DNA of 64,000 bases from positions 65,151 through 129,150 of the forward strand of contig QMNG01000002.1 in assembly GCA_003647645.1 (NCBI GenBank), given 5' to 3'. The translations under genes were made by a program, and so were the position numbers. The notes beneath the pieces are model-generated. The model saw nothing but the letters and a program-made list of their open reading frames with translations, made no database searches and had not been told where the DNA came from. How positions within the stretch are numbered: the first letter of the stretch is position 1; each line of letters starts with the position of its first letter. The stretch is from a candidate division Kazan bacterium (GTDB taxonomy: Bacteria > Patescibacteriota > Kazan-3B-28). Positions 16,567 to 25,500 of this stretch are shown here, piece by piece.

Positions 16567-18789
16567 ATGCGTTTATCACTGTTTTTACTTGCTTTTACAC
16601 TTTTGGGATCTGGCATGCCGTCCATGAGTATAGATGCTTCATCTCCTCTTCAGGTCAGCGGTGAGATTTTGGATTGGCCGAGCTCCCCTATTTCGGTGCA
16701 GGCTATACCCAATGATCCTTATTACAGCCAGCAGTGGTACCTAAGCAGAATCAAAGCCCAAGATGCCTGGAACATTACCCGCGGAACAAATATGGTAATT
16801 GCTGTTATAGATACCGGCCTCGACATGCAACATCCAGATTTTGGCGGTAAGCTTTGGGTCAACAGCCAAGAAATACCAAACAACGAGATAGACGATGATA
16901 ATAATGGTTACGTCGACGACTATTACGGCTGGAATTTTTACAATGGGAACAATAATATTGATGATTATCACGGTCATGGCACTGGCATTGCTAGCATTAT
17001 TGCCGCCAATACTAACAATCGAAAGGGAACTGCCGGTATCAACTGGAATGCTCGAATCATGGTACTAAAGGCCCTTAATGAAGCAGGCGGGGGCGATTTT
17101 AACGATGTTGCCGAAGCTATCCGCTATGCCGTGGATAACGGGGCTAGTATTATTAACATGAGTTTTGGTTCGGAAATTAATACATCCATTTTGTCAAATG
17201 CGGTGGACTATGCTATTAACCGTGGGGTGCCCATGGTTGCAGCGGTTGGAAACAAGGGAAACAATAGAATATTTTATCCGGCTGCTTACCCCCAAGTCAT
17301 TGCGGTGACGGCTGTGGACAAAAGCGACCAGCATCCTGATTTTGCCAACACCGGTGTCAACATAGATCTGGCTGCTCCGGGCACCGAGATCACTATGGCG
17401 GGGTTAGTGGGAGGTCCTGCCGGTCAATATGTGGTTGGCAGTGGCACATCATTTGCGGCTGCTCAGGTCACGGCAGCTGCTTCACTGATTCTTGGACGGT
17501 TTCATGGCATGAGCGCCGGCATGCTGGAAAATGTTCTTAAGGCTCAAAGCGATGTTTTAGCCAATGGTACTTCCACGACTACCGGTAGCGGGGTACTCAA
17601 CATATATAAATCTTTGGTTAATGCAGCCAGTGTCGAATCCAGCAATATCTCCATCGCTAATGGCATAGTAGAGGCTAATGGTGTTGATCAAGCAACTGTG
17701 ACGGTTACTATTCGGGACAGCACCGGCCAACCTCGGCCCAATCAAACAATTGCCGTCCACAGTAATGGCTCCAATCTTGTCATTAACCATACCATTGTGC
17801 CCGCAACTGGCAGCTTATTGTTGGGTGCCACCAACGCTTTGGGCCAAGTCGTATTTAAAGTGGCGTCCACCAAGCCGGGTATCCAAGAACTGACTTTTAC
17901 AAATGTCACAACTCAGTCGTCTCTGGCTGGCAAAGCCCCGATTACCTTTGTATCTCCCACGAATGCTCATTATTCAATGCGTTGGCTGAGCCAAAGTCCC
18001 TACCCGGCGCTTAAGATCGGCGAAACCGGCGAGTTATGGGTGGAGGTGGAAAATAACGGCAATATGGCCTGGGTGAGCAGCCCATCGGCCGCGGTCGATG
18101 GCTGGGGACAGATTAAAATAGGCACTGACAGACCACTCGATCGCAACAGTGTCTTGCGGGCTAATTCTTGGCTAAGCAATAATCGAGCTGGTTATATGAC
18201 ACCAGATGTTGTGTTACCCGGAGAAAAGGCTAAGTTTTCTTTTAATATCTATGCCAGTAAAATTGGTACTTTCAAAGAATATTTTAGGCCGGTGGTTGAG
18301 TACGTGACTTGGCTTAATGATCTGGGAATCTACTGGGAAGTGAATATTGAACCAATCAACGGGTTGACCACTGAAACCAACTCCAATGAGATCGATGCCA
18401 ATCCCAGTCATTACCAAGCCGCTACATTTACCCAGAGCAGCAATGTGACCTTATCTCCCGGAGATACAACTACCCTGAGCATAACTTTAACGAATATTGG
18501 CTCAGCTGTTTGGCACGGACAAGGAGCTGGCGAAAAGCGGTATGGCGAAGTTAGGATAGGTACAACTAAGCCGCATGATCGGATAAGTTTGTTCCGTAGT
18601 ATGTCATGGATAAGTCCTAACCGTGTGATTAATGCCGGATTTAATGTGCCACCCGGCGGTCGATTAACTTTGGTATTTACCATTAAGGCGCCAGATGCTC
18701 CCGGAACATATACAGAAAGCTTTCAGTTGGTTTCGGAATATATTACTTGGTTTGGGCCTACATTTGATTGGACATTCACAGTTGTTTGA
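16567..18789 (+). CDS. Secreted subtilisin-like (S8) serine protease with Ig-like and two NBR1-like C-terminal domains
   Basis: Signal peptide. Catalytic triad contexts VIAVIDTGLD (Asp), HGHGTGIASI (His), GTSFAAAQV (Ser). A Big-like segment (ANGVDQATVTVTIRDSTGQP). Two ~125-aa repeats ending ...PGxY.E.F.(P/L)V.EY(V/I)TW(L/F). Confidence 0.88.
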   Translation: MRLSLFLLAFTLLGSGMPSMSIDASSPLQVSGEILDWPSSPISVQAIPNDPYYSQQWYLSRIKAQDAWNITRGTNMVIAVIDTGLDMQHPDFGGKLWVNSQEIPNNEIDDDNNGYVDDYYGWNFYNGNNNIDDYHGHGTGIASIIAANTNNRKGTAGINWNARIMVLKALNEAGGGDFNDVAEAIRYAVDNGASIINMSFGSEINTSILSNAVDYAINRGVPMVAAVGNKGNNRIFYPAAYPQVIAVTAVDKSDQHPDFANTGVNIDLAAPGTEITMAGLVGGPAGQYVVGSGTSFAAAQVTAAASLILGRFHGMSAGMLENVLKAQSDVLANGTSTTTGSGVLNIYKSLVNAASVESSNISIANGIVEANGVDQATVTVTIRDSTGQPRPNQTIAVHSNGSNLVINHTIVPATGSLLLGATNALGQVVFKVASTKPGIQELTFTNVTTQSSLAGKAPITFVSPTNAHYSMRWLSQSPYPALKIGETGELWVEVENNGNMAWVSSPSAAVDGWGQIKIGTDRPLDRNSVLRANSWLSNNRAGYMTPDVVLPGEKAKFSFNIYASKIGTFKEYFRPVVEYVTWLNDLGIYWEVNIEPINGLTTETNSNEIDANPSHYQAATFTQSSNVTLSPGDTTTLSITLTNIGSAVWHGQGAGEKRYGEVRIGTTKPHDRISLFRSMSWISPNRVINAGFNVPPGGRLTLVFTIKAPDAPGTYTESFQLVSEYITWFGPTFDWTFTVV

Positions 18790-18832
18790 TTTTATGGGTC
18801 TCATAGTAACTTTTTCTAATATCTTTTGAAGG

Positions 18833-19636
18833 ATGAGTGATCACATCCAAGTTATAATTTTGGGGGTGGTGCAGGGTCTGACAGAATTTATTCCCATAAG
18901 TTCGTCCGGGCATCTTGTGGCTGTTCGTCAAATCCTGGGACTTGAGGACCAAGGTTTGATGTTTGACGCTGTTTTACATTTGGCAACTTTGTTAGTAGTA
19001 ATAATTTATTTTTGGCGCGACTGGCAGGCAATGTTTTTTGCTCTGTTTGCCAAAAATTTAACCCATCGAGTTAAACAGTCCCGTCGGCTGATCGGTCTAA
19101 TTATGGTTACTACGGTTCCGGCCGCAGGTGCCGGGTTGTTGTTTAAAAACTTCATAGATAACGATGCCCGATCACTGTTATCGGTTGCTGGCTTGATGAT
19201 CTTCACCGGATTAATGTTTATATTACTGGAGCGTGTAGCGGCTGTTCGCAAAGATATCTTAAAACTTAACTTTTTTGATGCGCTAAGTATTGGGTTAGCT
19301 CAGGCCGCAGCGATTTTACCCGGCATTTCAAGATCGGGTGCCACGATTATTACAGGCATGTACCATGGCTTAAAGCGCGAAGCAGCTGCCAAATACTCAT
19401 TTTTAGCGGCTGGCCCGGTCATTGCTATGGCCGGTCTTTATTCTCTGTGGCAGTTGTTCTCAAATCCCCAGACAGTTTCTTGGACTAATTTAGGAATTGG
19501 CTTTGCTATGGCGTTGATCAGCGGCCTGATAGCGGTTCACTTTTTACTGCAGTTTCTTCGCCGCCATAAACTCGATATTTTTGCCGGATATCTGATCGTT
19601 ATCGGCCTTGGCCTAATCGTATTTAGCTTTATTTGA
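18833..19636 (+). CDS. uppP: Undecaprenyl-diphosphate phosphatase
   Basis: GLTEFIPISSSGHL signature and PGISRSGATI motif. 267 aa polytopic membrane protein. Confidence 0.9.
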   Translation: MSDHIQVIILGVVQGLTEFIPISSSGHLVAVRQILGLEDQGLMFDAVLHLATLLVVIIYFWRDWQAMFFALFAKNLTHRVKQSRRLIGLIMVTTVPAAGAGLLFKNFIDNDARSLLSVAGLMIFTGLMFILLERVAAVRKDILKLNFFDALSIGLAQAAAILPGISRSGATIITGMYHGLKREAAAKYSFLAAGPVIAMAGLYSLWQLFSNPQTVSWTNLGIGFAMALISGLIAVHFLLQFLRRHKLDIFAGYLIVIGLGLIVFSFI

Positions 19637-20121
19637 TGCTAGAAGCAATCCAGCAGCTTGATCCTTACTTATCCGTAGCAGTTACGGCTATGTCCCCGAT
19701 TCTTGAGTTACGTGGTTCCGTACCTTTGGGAATTATTGTATTTGACATGCATCCGTTGGTTGTCGGCGGGCTTTCCATCGTGGCCCTTATGATTCCAATT
19801 ATCCTATGGCTTTTATTTTTGCAATACGCAGTTGCCAAAGTCAGAACTTGGCACACCAAAATAGACAGATTTTTTGGCTGGCTGTTTAAAAGAACCTACC
19901 ATCGCCATAGTTCTAGTTTTGAACATTGGGGTAGCTTGGCACTAATGATATTTGTAGCTATTCCCCTGCCGTTTACCGGAGCGTGGACTGGCGCGCTTTT
20001 GGCTTATTTATTTGGCATTAAATTTGTGCGGGCAATTGCGTTCATTGCCGTTGGATTGTTAGCTACCTGCATCATTATGACAGTCATCAGTTTAGGCGGG
20101 GTGCATATTCTTGGGTTATAA
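19633..20121 (+). CDS. Small membrane protein, COG2426 / small-multidrug-export-like
   Basis: 162 aa, 4 TM helices, N-terminal [12 protein letters not shown] motif as I recall for this family. 4-nt overlap with uppP. Confidence 0.5.
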   Translation: MMLEAIQQLDPYLSVAVTAMSPILELRGSVPLGIIVFDMHPLVVGGLSIVALMIPIILWLLFLQYAVAKVRTWHTKIDRFFGWLFKRTYHRHSSSFEHWGSLALMIFVAIPLPFTGAWTGALLAYLFGIKFVRAIAFIAVGLLATCIIMTVISLGGVHILGL

Positions 20122-20128
20122 TTGGGGT

Positions 20129-21139
20129 ATGAAATCTAGGGTTGTAGACGCGAGCATCACCCCGGGGGAAGAAGAACTGGATATTAGTCTGAGACCCAGG
20201 GATTTTTCGGGCTATGTGGGCCAAGATAAGATCAAGTCCGGTCTTAAAATTTCGATTCAGGCAGCCAAACAGAGGCGCGAGCCGCTGGATCACATTTTGT
20301 TGTTCGGCCCCCCGGGTTTAGGCAAGACCACTTTAGCTAATATTATTGCCAAAGAAATGGGGGCCGGTCTGAAATCAACTTCCGGTCCGGCTATTGAGCG
20401 GACCGGTGACTTGGCGGCAATCTTGACCAACCTTCAGGATGGCAATGTTTTGTTTATTGATGAGATCCACCGCTTGAACAGACAGGTGGAAGAGGTATTG
20501 TACTCGGCTATGGAAGATTATTATTTAGATATTATTGTTGGCAAGGGACCGTCGGCCCGATCTTTGAAGCTTGATCTGCCCAAATTTACGCTGATTGGCG
20601 CCACTACCCGAATTGGTCTCATCTCTTCTCCTCTACGTGATAGATTTGGTTCAAACTATCGTTTGGATTTTTATGAAATTGCTGACATTGAAAAAATATT
20701 GCAGCGTTCCTCCAGAATATTAAACGTAAAACTAAGCGACGAATGCATAAAAATTATCGCCCGTTCTTCACGTCGGACTCCCAGGACTGCCAACCGGATC
20801 CTTAAGCGGATACGTGATTTTGCCCTAGTAAAAAACAAAGGGGAAATCACGCCGGGGATCGTATCACAGTCTCTGGACTTACTGACAATTGATGAGGCAG
20901 GTTTGGATGAAGTTGATAGGAAAATATTAAATATTTTGATCAAGCAGTTTAACGGTGGTCCGGCGGGAATTAACTCCATTGCCGTGGCAATATCTGAAGA
21001 ATCGCAAACTATCGAGGATGTTTATGAACCATTCTTGATCCAGGAGGGATTTATGAAACGGACAGCCCAAGGACGAGTTGCCACCAAGCGGGCTTATGAA
21101 CATCTTGGCCTAGCCGAATTAAAACCTGAACTATTTTGA
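20129..21139 (+). CDS. ruvB: Holliday junction branch-migration helicase RuvB
   Basis: [12 protein letters not shown], Walker [14 protein letters not shown], Walker [10 protein letters not shown], sensor [12 protein letters not shown]. The ATG at 20129 is preferred to the TTG at 20111. Confidence 0.92.
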   Translation: MKSRVVDASITPGEEELDISLRPRDFSGYVGQDKIKSGLKISIQAAKQRREPLDHILLFGPPGLGKTTLANIIAKEMGAGLKSTSGPAIERTGDLAAILTNLQDGNVLFIDEIHRLNRQVEEVLYSAMEDYYLDIIVGKGPSARSLKLDLPKFTLIGATTRIGLISSPLRDRFGSNYRLDFYEIADIEKILQRSSRILNVKLSDECIKIIARSSRRTPRTANRILKRIRDFALVKNKGEITPGIVSQSLDLLTIDEAGLDEVDRKILNILIKQFNGGPAGINSIAVAISEESQTIEDVYEPFLIQEGFMKRTAQGRVATKRAYEHLGLAELKPELF

Positions 21140-21143
21140 GCTT

Positions 21144-21356
21144 ATGAGTGCCCTGCTATTAACTATTTCCGTCTACACTATCTTTGTTTTGTTGATTGCT
21201 GTGTATGTGGCAATCAATGCCTACAACTTAGTTAGATTTAGGCTGGACAGGTTAGAGAATGATTGTTCCAAAATGATGTTGTTTATATATCTCACAGTCG
21301 TAATTACGATATTCTTTATATCCATTATCGGGGCAACAATTTCGTATAATTTGTAA
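21144..21356 (+). CDS. Small hypothetical membrane protein
   Basis: 70 aa with two hydrophobic helices, tightly packed between ruvB and the next gene. Confidence 0.45.
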   Translation: MSALLLTISVYTIFVLLIAVYVAINAYNLVRFRLDRLENDCSKMMLFIYLTVVITIFFISIIGATISYNL

Positions 21357-21360
21357 AACT

Positions 21361-22401
21361 ATGAACCAAAATAATTCCACCCCGCCAGAGAAGCCAGAGA
21401 AAATAGAAAAGGTTTACCGCCGGCACATTTTGAATTTGCTGGTGCCAATATCTTGGTCGGTGATGGTGTTGTTGCCGTTTATTGTCGTAATTATTTTTGT
21501 ATACAGGCTCGGTTATACGTCCGAACCCCTTGTTTTAATGGGACTGTGGCTGTTCGGCGGAGTGTATATCATCTTTGTGCTCAGCTTAATGATGATGCAA
21601 TGGATTATCTGGTACCTGGATATTTGGGTGCTAACCAGTAATCATCTGATTGATACTCAACTGGTGTCTCTGTTTAATCGCAAGATTGCCCATATACCCC
21701 TTAATCAGATTCAAGATGTTCAGGTCGGGGTGAAGGGCTATCTGCCGGCCATTTTTCGATTCGGTGATGTTACAGTGCAATCAGCCGGCAAGGAGGGCTC
21801 TTTTAAATTAAGCTCTATTAGTAACCCTAAGGAAGCTGCCAGGAAGATCCGTAAATTATGTGAAGCTTATCAGCACCAAAATCTGGGAGAAGCCGCCCAG
21901 AAAATAATTAGGCCGACTCAATCTCTTGGCAATATATTAGTCAGCCAAAATAAATTATCTCATAGTGATCTGACGGCTGCTCTTAATCAACAACAACGAG
22001 ACGGTCGCCAGTTGGGTAAAATTCTTTTGGAAAAAAATCTGATCACCCGTGAAGATCTGGTTAGTGCTCTAGGGAGTCAGTACCACATTCCCAGTCTGGA
22101 TTTGTCTCGCTACGAGATTGATCCGAAAATAATTAAACGTATGTCATATGATACGGCAGTTCGATATACGGTTATTCCCATATCGCAATCCCCCGAGGCT
22201 CTGACCGTGGCGATCGCCCATCCGTCTCCCGAAACGATTGGTGAGTTGGCTGCTCAAATGGATGTTCCGCTGGCATTTATGGTGGCAGACGAAGATTATA
22301 TTAAAGAGGCAATCAGGGGATATTATCAAGGAGCCAACAAGCCCGTTTCTTCTTCAGATGATGATTCCCCAACTACTTTGGAGGATTTAGGCTTGGAATA
22401 A
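21361..22401 (+). CDS. Membrane protein: bacterial PH (YdbS/T-like) domain fused to a GspE/MshE N-terminal-like (T2SSE_N) domain
   Basis: Two TM helices followed by WYLDIWVLTSNHLID...FGDVTVQSAG (bPH_2-like). The C-terminal half carries two tandem 24-residue segments, SLGNILVSQNKLSHSDLTAALNQQ and QLGKILLEKNLITREDLVSALGSQ, then YHIPSLDL...IPIS as in T2SSE_N. Confidence 0.65.
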   Translation: MNQNNSTPPEKPEKIEKVYRRHILNLLVPISWSVMVLLPFIVVIIFVYRLGYTSEPLVLMGLWLFGGVYIIFVLSLMMMQWIIWYLDIWVLTSNHLIDTQLVSLFNRKIAHIPLNQIQDVQVGVKGYLPAIFRFGDVTVQSAGKEGSFKLSSISNPKEAARKIRKLCEAYQHQNLGEAAQKIIRPTQSLGNILVSQNKLSHSDLTAALNQQQRDGRQLGKILLEKNLITREDLVSALGSQYHIPSLDLSRYEIDPKIIKRMSYDTAVRYTVIPISQSPEALTVAIAHPSPETIGELAAQMDVPLAFMVADEDYIKEAIRGYYQGANKPVSSSDDDSPTTLEDLGLE

Positions 22402-22432
22402 AGTTGTTTTGGTCAATTTTAGGTTCAAACTC

Positions 22433-22461
22433 TTGACATTTGTAAGAAAATTTAGTATAAT
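22433..22461 (+). promoter_or_regulatory. Perfect consensus sigma-70 promoter of the surface-protein operon
   Basis: TTGACA (22433-22438), 17-nt spacer, TATAAT (22456-22461), 50 nt upstream of the ATG at 22512. Confidence 0.7.
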
Positions 22462-22511
22462 GAGATAACTAGCATGAGAACCTTCCTAGGAGTTAACACC
22501 AAAACAAAACT

Positions 22512-25500
22512 ATGCCAAGTTTAATCGACAGGATAAAAAACTGGTTTTTAATCCCCCGTAACCGTTACAGATTCATTCTTGGGGCGATTGGAGTTTTTGT
22601 ATTGGTGGGGGTTGTAGCATTTTCCTCGCAAATTGGCAATTTGCTCAGTTTGTTTGGAAGCAGGGCCTTTCAACCCTCCGACATTAGATGGCAAGCCGGT
22701 CCGGGGATCGAAGAGGGCGGCGGCAATCCTCAAAGTATCGTTGTTTCTGCAAATGATGGGAGCTGGTTATATTCGATCGGTGGATTAGATGCTGCCGGCG
22801 GTCATCGAAAAAACTCGGTGTATAGGATGAAGCTGGATGAAAATGGTCTACCGGGTGAATGGGAAGGATCCGGCCAAGGTGTCCCCCAGATGAATTTTCA
22901 AAGAGCTGGACACCGGCTCGTGGAGCATAACGGTTTTATTTATGCCATTGCCGGTGATATTCATATCTCTGAAACACCGGAAGTCGATCCCAATAGTCAC
23001 ATCATTGCCAAGGTATTTCCCCTTGCTTATTCGACAATCGAACGCTTGGACGCTAATGATCCTAGTGCCAGCTGGGAGATATTCGCCAGATTAACGGGTG
23101 TTCATTTCTTCCCCGAAGTCCTCTTAGACGGCGACTTGCTTTATGTTATTGGCGGGATTTACGGTAAAGTCGCGGGTATGGGTGGATTTGAAGAAGTGGC
23201 CAATTCTGACATTTTTAACAATAAGCCGGTGATTGGAGATGGTCTAAATGGTGTTCCCTTGACTGTCTCCGCATTTGGCACAGATGGTTTTGAGCAAAAG
23301 CTATCGCAGAGCGTCACTAACGGAACTTTTGTTACTACGGTTAGTGAGCGCTACGAAATTAATTTAGCAACTAATCCGCTCTCTTATGTAGTTGCCGAAT
23401 TGGGGTTGGACGGCGGGGATGTTTGTAAAACTTCCAGCGATGACAATACTAAATGTTTGATGGACTGGAATTGGATCAGTGCGCGGGTGGTCGGCGCCGA
23501 GATGAAGATGGGCCATTTGCGGTTCAAATTGTTTGGTGATGGTGGGTTCGCGCCAGTTCCTGTAGATGTCAAACCACTGCCCCAAGGCAGGTACGGTCAT
23601 AAAATATTTAAATCGGGCAGCGGCATATACGTAACGGGCGGAGCTGTATGGGCTGGTCCAATGAGGTTTCCAGCAGCATTTCCCCACCCAGAGCCAGCTG
23701 TCGTTTATCCATTTTGGCCAATTGGCGATACCACTTTCCCAAAAACTTACAATGGAGGAGACGATTCTCTGACTTATTGGAACAATGATTTTGTCGGGAA
23801 TACCACCTATCGATGGAATGGGTCTGTTTGGGCCGACTGGGTTGGAACGGGGCCTGAGGCCGAGGCGAAGAACAGGCACTTGGATGGTAAATATTCTTTA
23901 AAAGTTAGCGTGTCGCAAGGTTTAGACGATCCTCCGGTCATTTCGGGTCTGGCATTTATTGGCCTTGGCAGTTTCGATAGTAGTGCCAGTAATTCAACAA
24001 ACAAGCTTGTGGTTGGCGGTATCCGCAACACAAAAAATCATCTGTCAGCCACATCTGATGACTTATTATTCCATTCTACTGTCCACTACTATATGGAGTT
24101 GGACGGGGTTTCTGACAGCTTCACATTCAGTGTTGCCAGTGGCTGGACGCCGGCTGGCAATTACGGTTACAAACATTTTGGCATTGACGTAGTTGATCTC
24201 GGCAGCAAAGCAGTTGGCTTTGGCGGACAGCCATTATCTTATAGCTATCCGGGGAAAGATGGGCGAATTATTAAGGGGTGGCCACAATGGCCGCTGGGAT
24301 CAAAGGCCGGAGAAACAGACACTCAAATATTTAATGGTGCGGACTGGTCGCTATCTGGCAGTCATACTGCTGACCGGGTCGCAACTGCAGCGGTGGTTTA
24401 CAATAGCGGTGGAGACGAGGCGGTTATTTATCGCCTTGGCGGTGAGGAAATTACCGATCCTTGGCCGCCCAAGCTATGGACTATGCTGGAACACACAGAT
24501 CCCCTCACAATTTTTAATGTCCCCGATCTTAATACCTCTAAGTTTAAATTTGTCCCGGTTGACGAAGATGGAACTGTAAGAATTGGCGGTGATAATCATG
24601 ATATGGCAGCCGTGATATTCCAGCTGAACGATTTTGAGAACAATCCCATGCCCGGCATTTCTGTAGGGATTTCTACCGAGAACAATGAGGATCTAGATTT
24701 AATTGAAAAATGCATTCCTCAATACAGTGAAACCTGGGGCTGGTACTGTCCTGAAGGGGGCTGGTTCTCCGGTAGCAATCAAAATATATTGGGAACAACG
24801 GACGAAAACGGTATTGCTGAAATTTTTGTCAGATCAAAAGCTGTTATTGGCGAATCCGAATATCCAGACGGTCCAATAGTACATGATATAGTTGGTTTTT
24901 GGATTGTTGGTGGTAATACTCCGGATAATCCGACTGGGGAACACTTGTTCGGAGATCTGCAGTTATCCCGCAAGTGGACACCATTTGAGCCGAATTCAGG
25001 GGTGTATTTCTTGGATGAAAATGGGCGTCCCGAGACATCTCGCGTCAGACAGGTTCTGTCTGATAATAATGACTTCGCGGAGATAGAGGTTTTGCTTAAG
25101 GATGGCAATCCAATTACACCCCGCCCAGCCAACTTCTATGATGAATATATAAAGCTGGCTTCAACACACCTAATAACGGTGTTACAAACTGATCCGCCCA
25201 ATAATCTTCCAACTGCCGATGGCTCAGCCAGGTTTAGAGTTAAGTCAGGCGCTTCAGGAACGGCTGAAATTTATGCTTGGTATAAACCGGTTGTCTTTGT
25301 TGGGGTTGGTGAAACGGAGTGGTGGACAGATTATACTCCTTGGATTTCTCTGTCCGATTATGATTTAACTATTCAATTCGCTGGCCAGCCCGGTACCCTG
25401 ACCCCCGATAGTGCAGTACAGGGAGATCAAATAGGTACCTTGGCAGCCAATGGCAATGCTACTCGGTGGTTGCAGGGCGATACCACTGTAAAATTTATTA

